Below, piece by piece: positions 1 through 9,171 of a stretch of 32,000 nucleotides of DNA (positions are counted from its first letter, which is position 1; each line of letters starts with the position of its first letter). The stretch lies in the NCBI RefSeq assembly GCF_000020385.1, contig NC_010814.1:2370001-2402000 (forward strand), in the 5' to 3' direction. This DNA comes from Trichlorobacter lovleyi SZ. GTDB lineage: Bacteria; Desulfobacterota; Desulfuromonadia; Geobacterales; Pseudopelobacteraceae. The translations under genes and the position numbers were made by a program. The notes beneath the pieces are model-generated. The model was given only the letters and a program-made list of their open reading frames with translations, was not told the origin of the DNA and ran no database searches.

Positions 1-442
1 CATTGGAACCGACCAGCTTCAGTTTGGCAATAATGTCGCGGTCATTATTTTCCTCTTCAATCTGTTCGGTCACAAACCACTGCAGAAAGATCTGAGAGGC
101 ATGATCTTTTTCCTTAACCGCCAGCTCTGACAGGTCATTGATCCGGCTGGTAACGATCTGTTCATGGGCCAGGGTTTTTTCAAACATCTCCTGCAGGGAC
201 TTATACTTGTTCGGCACAGCCTTGCTGGCAGTCAAGGTGATGTTGATCCCCTGATCAACCAGATAGTTAAAGAATTTCATAAAGTGGACCATCTCTTCCT
301 GATACTGCACCATAAACCAGGTTGCCGCCCCTTTCAGCCCCATCTCATTGGCCGCAGACGACATGGAAAGGTAGATATTTGCGGAATACAGCTCGAAGTT
401 CATGTGGGTGTTCAGGGCCTCTGCCATAGATTTACTGATCAT
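1..442 (-). CDS. ftn: Non-haem ferritin (Ftn-type). Only the N-terminal ~147 codons are present; the 3' end lies beyond the window start
   Basis: Absent from the ORF track because it runs off the edge. Reverse-strand ATG at 442 is preceded by GGAGG. Translation MISKSMAEALNTHMNFELYSANIYLSMSSAANEMGLKGAATWFMVQYQEEMVHFMKFFNYLVDQG carries the ferritin ferroxidase ligands (ELY, EEMxH) and resembles E. coli FtnA by eye. Confidence 0.85.
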   Translation of the reverse strand, partial: MISKSMAEALNTHMNFELYSANIYLSMSSAANEMGLKGAATWFMVQYQEEMVHFMKFFNYLVDQGINITLTASKAVPNKYKSLQEMFEKTLAHEQIVTSRINDLSELAVKEKDHASQIFLQWFVTEQIEEENNDRDIIAKLKLVGSN

Positions 443-474
443 TGCAACAACCTCCTTTATTCACATTTTTGGCG

Positions 475-502
475 AGTATACTGCAATACTGCTGAATTTC
501 AA
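475..502 (-). promoter_or_regulatory. Candidate sigma-70 promoter for ferritin (TTGAAA-16 nt-TATACT on the minus strand)
   Basis: The reverse complement of 497-502 is TTGAAA and of 475-480 is TATACT, with a 16 nt spacer. It lies ~33 nt upstream of the ftn ATG. Confidence 0.4.
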
Positions 503-578
503 GCAACCAGATGCTGGCAGGTTGGTCAAAGTGGTGTATAGTTAGCGCTACCTGCATTATCTGGAAGGGAGGGCAGCC

Positions 579-3500
579 ATGAGCCTGCACAAACCGATTG
601 AGTGGCTGAAGCAGCACCGTAAACGCCTGATTGTCTGGGGGGGCAGTATCTTCCTGTTTATGGTGCTGTTTTCCACGCTGGTTCTGCCGGTCATCATCAA
701 GTCCCAAGCAGAAAAAGGGATCACCCGGGCAATCGGTCGCTCTGCCAGGATCGAAGCGGTACGCTTCAACCCGTTCGGCATGACCCTGACCGTGAAGGGA
801 TTCAGTCTGTTTGAACCGGATGCCAGGTCTCCGTTTATACAGTTCAACAGTCTGCGCGTATCCCTCTCCAGCGCCAGTCTTTTCAGGTTTGCACCGGTGG
901 CGGATGAGCTGAGCCTGGACAGATTGCAGGTCAAACTGATCCGTACCGCTGCCAACCGCTATAATTTTTCCGACATCATTGACCGGCTGGCAGCACAACC
1001 CAAGCAAGAAAAGAGCACAACGCCCCGCTTTTCAATCAACAACATCTCATTGCAGGGCAGCAGCATTGACTTTGAGGATCGTGCCGTCAACGGCGGCAAA
1101 AAGCATACGATCCGGGAGCTGACGTTTACCATCCCGTTTATCAGTACCATCCCCTATCTGGCAGAACAGTACACAGACCCCAGGTTTTCTGCAATTATCA
1201 ATGGTGCCCGTTTCAGCTTCAGCGGCAAGACGAGACCGCTCCACAACTCCATGGAGACCAACCTTAATCTGAAACTGGCTGAACTTGATCTGCCCTACTA
1301 TCTGGCCTATCTCCCTGCCCAGATGCCAATAAAACTGGACAGCGGCAAGCTAGGTCTTGATCTGGCCCTCACCTACCGCATACACCAGAATAAAAAACCG
1401 GAATTGATGATTAAAGGATTGACCCGTCTTGATGAGATCAGCGTCAAGGAGAAAAACAATGCCTCACTGGCCTCATTCAAACGGCTTGATGTTGTGTCAA
1501 AAGAAGTGGAGCTGTTTAGCCGCAAGGTGGTGCTGCAACAGCTAGCCCTTGATGGCCTGACCCTGCAGGTTGAGCGTGACAGTGCAGGTAAACTTAATTT
1601 CCAGCGGCTACTGCCAGCAGAGCCGGCAGCACCCAAGACCGGTAAAAAGACCGTAAAAAAGGAAAACTCTCCTCCCTTGCAGCTGATGGTTGAAAACCTG
1701 GCGTTGACAGATGGGGCGGTTTCATTTCATGACAGGCAACCAGCCGGTGGCTTCAAAAGCCGGCTCCAGGCGATCAATGTCAAACTCAGCAACCTCTCAA
1801 CAACCGCCAATACACAAAGTGCCTATGAAATTTCTTTTAATGGCGATAGTGCTGAGACGTTTGCTGCTTCAGGCACTGCCTCGCTTTCACCAATCAGTGC
1901 AACCAGCCGGTTTAATCTGAGCGGCATCAAGTTGCAGCGGGGCTGGCCCTATCTGCAAAACCTGTTGACCGCACCGGTGAATGGCAACCTGTCACTGGCA
2001 GGCAAGGCAACCTTTAGCGCGCAAGATGGCGTTGCCGTACAGGATCTGGCTGTTCACCTGCAGGATATCGCGGCCAAGTATGGCGACAAAGACAGCACCA
2101 GGCTCACCAGCCTTGATCTGACCGGCATCTCCTTTAGCCAGAAAGAAAATCAGGCCGCCGTTGACGAGATCAAACTGGCAGGGGGCAACATAAAGCTCTC
2201 CCGCGAGGCTGATGGTAGCATTTCGGCTCTTGCACTCCTGAAGCGACCCGCCCCAAGCGCTACCAAACCGGTCAAACCTGAACCGGCGCCTGTTAAGGCA
2301 GTAGCCAAGGCCGATCTAAAACCGCTCTCCTGGCAGGTCAAAAAAATCAATGTAACCGGGCTTTCCACTACTTTTGCGGATAAGCAGTTCAGCGAACCAC
2401 CTGTTTTTACGCTTTCTAACATCCGCCTCAGCACCGGAAACCTGACCGGACCGACCTTCTCAGCCATGCCGCTGCAGTTCAGCAGTGTTTTTAACAAAAA
2501 TGCACCGATCAAGGTTTCCGGCACGGTTACCCCATTGCCGTTCAGGTTTAACGGCACCACCAGCTTTGCCAAACTGCCGATCCAGGATTTTGAAAGTTAC
2601 ATCCCGGAGAACGTCAACGTCTTTGTGCTGGGTGGCACCCTGGACAGCAGCATGAAGGTGAATGTTGCACTGGATAAGGATAACAAACCGGTCGGCAGTT
2701 TCAGCGGTAGCGCCGGGGTGCGCGGCTTTCATACCGTTGATTCGGTACAGGAGGAAGATCTGCTGAAGTGGGAAAGCCTGCAGCTTGACCAGATCAGCGG
2801 AAACCTGGCCCCCTTCTCACTGGCCATCCGCCAGATTGCGTTGAATGGCGTCTATTCAAAGATTGCTGTCCGTAAAGATGGCACCCTGAATCTCCAGAAT
2901 CTGATAACACAAGAAAAGGGTCAAGGGGCAGGGGTCAAGGGGCAGGACCACAAAATTTCTGATCAACCGGAAACAGTAACTGCATCTGCGCCGCCAACAC
3001 AGCAGATAGCAGCAGCGCCCAAAGGCCAGATAAAGATTGATACCCTGACGGTGCAGGATGGCACCATTGCCTTCAGCGATGTTCACCTGCCACAACAGTT
3101 CCGCAGTACTTTCCATAACCTCGGCGGGATGGTCAGCGGCCTGTCTTCAGACATGAACACCAGAGCAGAAGTGGATCTGCGCGGTAATCTGGAAAATCAT
3201 TCGCCTCTGCAAATCACCGGTACGGTCAACCCGTTACGTGATGACCTGTTTGTGGATCTGACCATCTCATTCAAAGATATTGAGCTATCCCCTGCCACCC
3301 CGTATTCCGGCACCTACCTGGGCTATGAAATCGACAAGGGCAAGCTGTTCCTTGACTTGAAGTATCATATTGAAAACAAGCAATTGCAGGCATCCAACAA
3401 GGTATTCGTTGATCAGTTTACCTTTGGCAAGTCAGTTGACAGTACCAAGGCAACCAAACTGCCGGTACGCCTCGGTATCGCCTTGCTGAAGGATCGGAAT

Positions 3501-4229
3501 GGCCAGATCAACCTGGATCTGCCGGTTAGCGGCAGGACCGATGATCCCAAGTTCAGCATTTGGGGCGTGGTCTGGCAGGTGGTGGTGAATCTGTTCGTCA
3601 AGGCTGCCACCTCTCCTTTTGCCCTGCTTTCTTCCATGATGGGCTCCAGTGAAGACCTGAGCAGCGTCAGCTTTGCACCTGGCTCCGCGATGCTGGCACC
3701 TTCTGAAGAAAAGAAACTGACCACCCTGGCCGCTGCCCTCAGCCAGCGACCGGGCCTGAAGGTTGAGCTGTCCGGTTATATTGACAAACAGCACGACCCT
3801 GAAGGATACCGTGCTGAGCTGCTGCTCTACAAAATGCGTCAGGAAAAGTATCTTGACCTGGCAAAAAACCAGCAAACCAAAGAAGGAGATGATGCAGAGA
3901 AGATGGTCATACAACCAGTTGAATATTCCCGCTATCTGAAAGCGGTCTATCTGAAGGAAAAATTTCCCAAGCCCCGCAACCTGATCGGGATGGTAAAGGA
4001 TCTGCCTGACACCGAGATGAAGAAACTGATCATTGCCAACACCACGGTGGGCGATCAGGAATTGCAGCAACTGGCTGCACGACGGGCTGCTGTGGTCAAG
4101 CAGTACCTGATCACCAAAGGCAAGCTGGAGTCACAGCGGATCTTCCAGAAACAGGACGATATTCAGAAGCGGCCCAAGCAGGAAAACAGTCCTGCCAGCC
4201 GGGTTGAGTTGAATCCGCTCGCCCTATGA
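579..4229 (+). CDS. Large DUF748/AsmA-like envelope protein (1216 aa) with an N-terminal TM anchor and an OmpA-like C-terminal segment
   Basis: ATG at 579 follows GGAGGG. There is one N-terminal hydrophobic helix (LIVWGGSIFLFMVLFSTLVLPVII), then a long beta-rich, low-cysteine repeat body typical of DUF748/AsmA-family proteins. The C-terminus (FAPGSAMLAPSEEKKLTTLAAALSQRPGLKVELSGY ... AARRAAVVKQYLITKG) resembles OmpA-C-like motifs. Confidence 0.6.
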   Translation: MSLHKPIEWLKQHRKRLIVWGGSIFLFMVLFSTLVLPVIIKSQAEKGITRAIGRSARIEAVRFNPFGMTLTVKGFSLFEPDARSPFIQFNSLRVSLSSASLFRFAPVADELSLDRLQVKLIRTAANRYNFSDIIDRLAAQPKQEKSTTPRFSINNISLQGSSIDFEDRAVNGGKKHTIRELTFTIPFISTIPYLAEQYTDPRFSAIINGARFSFSGKTRPLHNSMETNLNLKLAELDLPYYLAYLPAQMPIKLDSGKLGLDLALTYRIHQNKKPELMIKGLTRLDEISVKEKNNASLASFKRLDVVSKEVELFSRKVVLQQLALDGLTLQVERDSAGKLNFQRLLPAEPAAPKTGKKTVKKENSPPLQLMVENLALTDGAVSFHDRQPAGGFKSRLQAINVKLSNLSTTANTQSAYEISFNGDSAETFAASGTASLSPISATSRFNLSGIKLQRGWPYLQNLLTAPVNGNLSLAGKATFSAQDGVAVQDLAVHLQDIAAKYGDKDSTRLTSLDLTGISFSQKENQAAVDEIKLAGGNIKLSREADGSISALALLKRPAPSATKPVKPEPAPVKAVAKADLKPLSWQVKKINVTGLSTTFADKQFSEPPVFTLSNIRLSTGNLTGPTFSAMPLQFSSVFNKNAPIKVSGTVTPLPFRFNGTTSFAKLPIQDFESYIPENVNVFVLGGTLDSSMKVNVALDKDNKPVGSFSGSAGVRGFHTVDSVQEEDLLKWESLQLDQISGNLAPFSLAIRQIALNGVYSKIAVRKDGTLNLQNLITQEKGQGAGVKGQDHKISDQPETVTASAPPTQQIAAAPKGQIKIDTLTVQDGTIAFSDVHLPQQFRSTFHNLGGMVSGLSSDMNTRAEVDLRGNLENHSPLQITGTVNPLRDDLFVDLTISFKDIELSPATPYSGTYLGYEIDKGKLFLDLKYHIENKQLQASNKVFVDQFTFGKSVDSTKATKLPVRLGIALLKDRNGQINLDLPVSGRTDDPKFSIWGVVWQVVVNLFVKAATSPFALLSSMMGSSEDLSSVSFAPGSAMLAPSEEKKLTTLAAALSQRPGLKVELSGYIDKQHDPEGYRAELLLYKMRQEKYLDLAKNQQTKEGDDAEKMVIQPVEYSRYLKAVYLKEKFPKPRNLIGMVKDLPDTEMKKLIIANTTVGDQELQQLAARRAAVVKQYLITKGKLESQRIFQKQDDIQKRPKQENSPASRVELNPLAL

Positions 4230-5554
4230 ACAGACACGAACCACTGACAGGCAAGCGATTTGCCGTAGCTACACTGGGCTGCAAGGTAAACCAGTTTGAA
4301 ACCGCGGACATGATCGAACAGATGCAGACAGCTGGATGGCAGCAGGTAAAATTCAGTGAGGTTGCCGACCTGTACCTGATCAACAGCTGTACGGTTACCG
4401 CACGCAGTGACGCAGAATCCCGGCGTCTGATCCGGCGTGCCCGACGGACCAACCCCCATGCCAAGATTGTTGCCACCGGCTGTTACGCCCAGGTTGCACC
4501 GGCTGACTTGCTCAACCTGCCTGATCTGCAACCGGATCTGGTGCTGGGCAATCAGGAAAAACATGATCTGGTACAGCATATCAAGCAGGGCAGGCACCAG
4601 ATCACCGACCTGACCAGCCTGAAAGCAAGCGGTCCACTGCGGCTCACCAGCTTTGCCGAGCATACCCGTGCCTTTCTGCAGATTCAGAACGGATGCGAGA
4701 CCGGCTGCAGCTACTGCATTGTGCCGATAGCCCGTGGACCGAGCCGCTCCGTCCCCCCCCCTGAAGTATTGGAGGCCGTTAGCCGCCTGGTTGCTTCAGG
4801 CTATCAGGAGGTGGTCCTGACCGGCATCCATATGGGCGCCTACGGCCTTGACCTTTCCCCTCCCGGCTCCCTGACAGCTCTGGTGCAACAGCTGGAGGAC
4901 CAGAATGTCGTACCGCGCTTGCGCCTTGGCTCGATTGAGCCAAATGAGCTGACGGATGAACTGCTGACCCTGTTTAAAAAATCGTCGCGGCTCTGTCATC
5001 ACCTGCATATACCGCTGCAAAGCGGTTCTGACAGCGTACTGCAACGAATGGGGCGCGGCTACAACACCAGCTTTTATGCCAACCGGATTGTAACTGCGGC
5101 GCAGTTGCTACCTGATGCCTTTATCGCAGCAGACCTGATTGCCGGTTTTCCTGGTGAAACAGAACAGGAGTTTAGCGAGACCTGCAACTTTGTTACATCA
5201 CTGCCACTGGCTGATCTGCATGTCTTCCCCTACTCCACCCGCCCAGGCACCAAGGCAGCTGCCATGTCAGGCCATCTCAAACCAGCCATCATCAAAGAGC
5301 GGGCTGAGCACTTACGTGGCATAGCTGCAGATAAACGGGCAGCATTTCAGCACCGTTTTATCGGCAGTGTGCTTCAGATCCTTGGACAGCGTTACAGTGT
5401 AAAGACAGGCGTGCTAACCGGACTCTCACGCAACTACCTTGAGGTCAGTTATCAAGGATCAACGCAGCTACTCAATCAGGAAGTTATGGTGGAGATACAG
5501 GCACTGCAGAATGGCCTGTTAACCGGCAGACTGATCACACCACCCCTACGGTAA
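4226..5554 (+). CDS. mtaB: tRNA (t6A37) methylthiotransferase MtaB (MiaB-like radical SAM)
   Basis: N-terminal UPF0004 cysteines (GCKVNQFE, NSCTVT, TGC). Radical SAM CxxxCxxC motif (NGCETGCSYCIVP). C-terminal TRAM-like tail. The ATGA start/stop overlaps the upstream gene. Confidence 0.85.
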   Translation: MNRHEPLTGKRFAVATLGCKVNQFETADMIEQMQTAGWQQVKFSEVADLYLINSCTVTARSDAESRRLIRRARRTNPHAKIVATGCYAQVAPADLLNLPDLQPDLVLGNQEKHDLVQHIKQGRHQITDLTSLKASGPLRLTSFAEHTRAFLQIQNGCETGCSYCIVPIARGPSRSVPPPEVLEAVSRLVASGYQEVVLTGIHMGAYGLDLSPPGSLTALVQQLEDQNVVPRLRLGSIEPNELTDELLTLFKKSSRLCHHLHIPLQSGSDSVLQRMGRGYNTSFYANRIVTAAQLLPDAFIAADLIAGFPGETEQEFSETCNFVTSLPLADLHVFPYSTRPGTKAAAMSGHLKPAIIKERAEHLRGIAADKRAAFQHRFIGSVLQILGQRYSVKTGVLTGLSRNYLEVSYQGSTQLLNQEVMVEIQALQNGLLTGRLITPPLR

Positions 5555-5564
5555 GGAGCATGGC

Positions 5565-6521
5565 ATGGCGGCGACAACAGCCCTTGATGAAGCCCTGAAA
5601 CGGACCAATCTCTCCCGCTCAAACCAGATGGAAATGTTGACCTTCCGCTTAAGCGACGGGCAACTTTACGGCATCAACGTCTTCAAGATTATCGAGATTC
5701 TGGAAAGTCCCCGCCGTTTTGACCGGATGCCCCACGCCGATCAGGCAGTCAAGGGGGCGGTTGACTTCAGGGGCAAGCCGATTGTTGCCATTGACCTTTC
5801 TGAGGCTCTGGGCATGGAACCGGTGCCGTTTGACCAGCAACTGGCCTACCTGATTATCTGCGAATACAGCCAACAACTGAACGCCTTTATTGTGGCCTCA
5901 CCGGAGACCCTGATTACCCGTGGTTGGGATGAAATCCATAAGCCGGATGGTATTCAGGCCCGTTCGCTGGTGGCTATTGCCTACAGTGACACCGGTGAAA
6001 CCATTCTGCTGTTGGATATAGAGGGAATTCTTGCTGAAGTGGTGGGATACACATCGGAAGTGACCGATGAGCTTGCCAGCCGTGGTGCTGCGCTGAAAAA
6101 TTTACAGATTCTGTTGGTGGATGATTCCCGGACCGCCCTGGCCATGATGCAGCAGACCCTGAATCATCTGGGGATGACACATACCTCTCAGCCTTCTGCG
6201 GTACATGCTCTTGCCTGGCTTGAAGAACGGGATCAGCGGGGAGAACCGGCCTTTGACCTGATTATTTCTGATATTGAGATGCCGGGGATGGATGGCTTTA
6301 CCTTTACCCGCAACCTGAGGAGCATGCCAGCCTATGAGAAGACCAAGATTATACTGCACAGCTCCATGAGCAACCCCACCAACCGGTTAAAGGCGGAAGA
6401 GGCAGGGGCTGACGACTTTGTTGCCAAGTTTGCCCCAAATGAGCTGGCAGAACACATTTTCACTGTCTTAGAGCTGGAACAGTCAGACGATGATTTCTTT
6501 ATTACCCCAGGCGAAACATGA
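5565..6521 (+). CDS. cheV: Chemotaxis coupling protein CheV (CheW domain + receiver domain)
   Basis: AAGGAG lies 6 nt upstream. The N-terminal half is CheW-like (MLTFRLSDGQLYGINVFKIIEI). The C-terminal half is a REC domain (ILLVDDS...DLIISDIEMPGMDG...K). Confidence 0.85.
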   Translation: MAATTALDEALKRTNLSRSNQMEMLTFRLSDGQLYGINVFKIIEILESPRRFDRMPHADQAVKGAVDFRGKPIVAIDLSEALGMEPVPFDQQLAYLIICEYSQQLNAFIVASPETLITRGWDEIHKPDGIQARSLVAIAYSDTGETILLLDIEGILAEVVGYTSEVTDELASRGAALKNLQILLVDDSRTALAMMQQTLNHLGMTHTSQPSAVHALAWLEERDQRGEPAFDLIISDIEMPGMDGFTFTRNLRSMPAYEKTKIILHSSMSNPTNRLKAEEAGADDFVAKFAPNELAEHIFTVLELEQSDDDFFITPGET

Positions 6522-6897
6522 TCACCTCTGCCTCAGCCACTACTTTGCCATCCAGTTCTGCCCTGCCCTTTGCATCCACCAGCCGGCGACGTTCACCAAC
6601 CACCTCACCGATCACCCTGATGGTTGAGCCGGTGGGAACCGGAGCTCGGTAGCGCAGCTTCAGTTCACTGGTCACCACCTGCATGCCGGTCCCCATACAA
6701 GCCTGAGCACAAATCTCATCCAGCAAGGCAGAGATGATCCCGCCATGGGTAATCCCCTGCCAGCCCTGAAAATGCTCAGGGATCTGCACCGTGGTTTCAG
6801 CCCTCCGCTGTTCAGGATCTATGATAAACTGTGCCTTCAGCCCGATCGGGTTGTCTTTGCCGCAGATAAAACAGTGGCCATCGTCAACAACGTCCAT
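6502..6897 (-). CDS. PaaI/hotdog-fold thioesterase with an N-terminal CxxC knuckle
   Basis: 131 aa. CFICGKDNPIGL followed by the hotdog signature GITHGGIISALLDE. Confidence 0.7.
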   Translation of the reverse strand: MDVVDDGHCFICGKDNPIGLKAQFIIDPEQRRAETTVQIPEHFQGWQGITHGGIISALLDEICAQACMGTGMQVVTSELKLRYRAPVPTGSTIRVIGEVVGERRRLVDAKGRAELDGKVVAEAEVIMFRLG

Positions 6898-6960
6898 AAT
6901 GATAAATTCCTTCTTAAAACAAAGTCTGCGTTCTGAGACATCATTGACATGTACACCAAA

Positions 6961-7046
6961 CCCCTCCCGACCTCCCCTTGTCAGGGGAGGAGCTAAAATA
7001 GAACCTCCCCCTTGACTCCGGTCTATACAGGGGGGACTGAGGGGGG
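6961..7046. repeat. Cluster of C-rich and G-rich blocks forming alternative hairpins in the intergenic spacer
   Basis: CCTCCCC (6971-6977) / GGGGAGG (6984-6990) form a perfect 7 bp stem with a 6 nt loop. Further blocks: CCCCTCCC (6961-6968), CCTCCCCC (7004-7011), GGGGGG (7030-7035), GGGGGG (7041-7046). Confidence 0.5.
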
Positions 7047-7071
7047 TTGCCTTTAGGCCTCCGCAGCAGTT

Positions 7072-8346
7072 TTACCCAAACCGATAAATCAGCTTGCCAT
7101 CCTGGTACAGCTCAATCGGCCCATCCTGCGACACCTTGATCACCTTACCGAAGAACGAGGCGGCAATGGCCGCCGTGGTCCGTCCACCGCCGGTCACCAT
7201 TTCACGGGCATGGGAGGTATCAATGATAAAGCCGGTTTCCAGCAGTTTGCCCTTGTTATCCAGCACCGTCAGACCATCTGAAGAAAGAATGCGCAGCAGG
7301 ATGCCTGATTGCTTCAACTGGGCAATGGTCTGGCCCTTGACCTGACTGATCAGCAGCCTGCCGATCGGATCATCACCGCCCACCGAGCCTTTTTTCAGGG
7401 TTGCCAGGTGGCGCGCTGTTCCGGCGTGAATCAGGATAACCGTACCATGGCGTTGTTTTGATACCGCATACAGCGTCCAGAGCAGGTCATCCACCGCCTC
7501 GTTATCAATACTGTCGGCCAGAAAAGATCGGAAGATATCCGGGTCAAAGATAACCCAGGCACCTTTGCGCCGGATCAGCAGCTTGGCCGGACTGATCAGC
7601 ACCTCAATCTCAGAAACCTCGTTGACGGTAATGGCAAAGGCGCCGCTGCCGCTGCGCCGGACCAGCGAAAACAGTTCGCGCTGGGTCAGACGCTCAATAT
7701 CGGTCTGTCCGCAGACACCGGCTGTCCGCAACACGCCAACCACCTGCATCTGGATCGTGGCAACAAAGAAGAGATTGTTGCCGTCAATAAAGCGGTAGGC
7801 CAGGGGATTATCCAGAAAGGTAGGGGTTACACTCTGATGAGGCTGCAGCGGGATCAGGGTATGACTGCGATCCTTGATGGTCTTACGCAGGGCCGGTTCT
7901 GTTGTCCTATGCACCAGAAAACCGGTGGTGGCCGGCTTGCCCTCATAACGCTGATAGGAGAGATTTTTCAAGAGCTGAATCAACTGCTGGATCGGCCAGA
8001 AGCCCTTGCTGCGGTCACCCCGCAGAAAACGGGCAACCGTAATATCCATGATGGATGCCAGCAGCGCAGTACGGAAGTGGGCTGCATACCCTTCCAGCTT
8101 AAACCCGCTATACAGACCGGAAAAAGCGGTCAGCAGCTCACGGCAGAACTGGATCTCTGTCTTGGTAAAAGGCAGCCCCTGTCTGACAGCAGAAAAGCTG
8201 TAAGACTTGCCTTCAATGGCCACCGGTTGCAGCAGCCTGCCCTCCCCTGTCTTTGTCTCATCCTCACCAGCACGTAGATCAACGCTAGCACCACCCAAAA
8301 GGGTGCTGATGGTGGGTCTGATGGCATCAAAGACATTCAGCGGCAT
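7072..8346 (-). CDS. Uncharacterised 424 aa protein with a C-terminal DisA_N / diadenylate-cyclase-like domain whose catalytic motifs are degenerate
   Basis: The C-terminal ~125 aa align by eye to the DAC fold: SKQRHGTVILIH ~ SKRKIGALIVI; SSDGLTVLD in place of HDGAVII; GGGRTTAAIAAS in place of GTRHRAA. The N-terminal ~290 aa are unrecognised. Confidence 0.5.
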   Translation of the reverse strand: MPLNVFDAIRPTISTLLGGASVDLRAGEDETKTGEGRLLQPVAIEGKSYSFSAVRQGLPFTKTEIQFCRELLTAFSGLYSGFKLEGYAAHFRTALLASIMDITVARFLRGDRSKGFWPIQQLIQLLKNLSYQRYEGKPATTGFLVHRTTEPALRKTIKDRSHTLIPLQPHQSVTPTFLDNPLAYRFIDGNNLFFVATIQMQVVGVLRTAGVCGQTDIERLTQRELFSLVRRSGSGAFAITVNEVSEIEVLISPAKLLIRRKGAWVIFDPDIFRSFLADSIDNEAVDDLLWTLYAVSKQRHGTVILIHAGTARHLATLKKGSVGGDDPIGRLLISQVKGQTIAQLKQSGILLRILSSDGLTVLDNKGKLLETGFIIDTSHAREMVTGGGRTTAAIAASFFGKVIKVSQDGPIELYQDGKLIYRFG

Positions 8347-8349
8347 ACG

Positions 8350-9171
8350 TTATTTCCCCCAGTCACGGGAATAGCGGAAATCCCGGTCAATGGTACGGCC
8401 GGACACCTTGGCGATTACCGGCAGACGGCGTTTAAAGTGCGAGTTCTGCACCTTGCTGTAGATACTGCTGACAAACTCCTGCTTGAATCCGGCAGCAACC
8501 AGTTCAGCTGTATCTGCCCGTTGATCCACCATCCGGTAGAGCAGTTCATCCACCTCGCGGTAGGTAAAGCCCAGCTCTTCCTCATCAGTCTGGCCTGCCC
8601 AGAGATCAGCCGATGGCTTTTTCTCAATCACCGGCTTGGGCACACCAACCTCTTCTGAAAGCTGCCAGACCTGGGTCTTGTACAGATCTCCAATCGGATT
8701 CAGGGCGCTGGCCATGTCACCGTAAAGGGTGCCGTAGCCCAGCAGCAGTTCGGTCTTGTTGCTGGTCCCCAGCACCAGCCCGCCATACAGGGCTGAATGA
8801 TCAAACAGAACCGTCATCCGTTCACGGGCCATCTTGTTACCCCGCCGCATGTTATTGGCATCAGGAAACTGATCAAAGTAGGCATCCACCATCGGCGTAA
8901 TTCCCACCACACTGAACTGTACGCCGCTGGCTTCAGCCACCAGCCGGGCATGGGCCTCGGATTCAGGGTTGCTGGTCCTGTACGGCATGCAGATGGCATG
9001 GACATTCTCAGGCCCCAGCGCCTCGGCAGCCAGATGACAGACCAGGGCAGAGTCAATGCCGCCCGACAGTCCCAGCACCGCCTTTTTTGCACCAACCTTC
9101 CAGATCTCATCCTGCAGAAAACCAACCAGCATCCGACGTACCAGCTTGGTGTTGATGTTCAGACGGGACAT
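8350..9171 (-). CDS. nadE: NAD+ synthetase, synthetase (PP-loop ATP pyrophosphatase) subunit
   Basis: 273 aa with the SGGIDS PP-loop ([11 protein letters not shown]) and NadE-like sequence throughout. Confidence 0.9.
   Translation of the reverse strand: MSRLNINTKLVRRMLVGFLQDEIWKVGAKKAVLGLSGGIDSALVCHLAAEALGPENVHAICMPYRTSNPESEAHARLVAEASGVQFSVVGITPMVDAYFDQFPDANNMRRGNKMARERMTVLFDHSALYGGLVLGTSNKTELLLGYGTLYGDMASALNPIGDLYKTQVWQLSEEVGVPKPVIEKKPSADLWAGQTDEEELGFTYREVDELLYRMVDQRADTAELVAAGFKQEFVSSIYSKVQNSHFKRRLPVIAKVSGRTIDRDFRYSRDWGK

Noticed and set aside
164-541. 125 aa plus-strand ORF at the window start
   Set aside because: It is antisense to a clear ferritin reading frame, which has its own RBS and promoter.
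443-578. Possible Fur box in the ferritin/DUF748 divergent region (GCATTATC half-site near 557-564)
   Set aside because: There is only one hexamer-like half-site and no 19 bp palindromic Fur consensus.
6961-7011. G-quadruplex potential on the minus strand (G5, G4, G3, G4 tracts)
   Set aside because: One inter-tract loop would be ~28 nt, and the tracts are complementary to adjacent C-rich blocks. Duplex hairpins are therefore far more likely.
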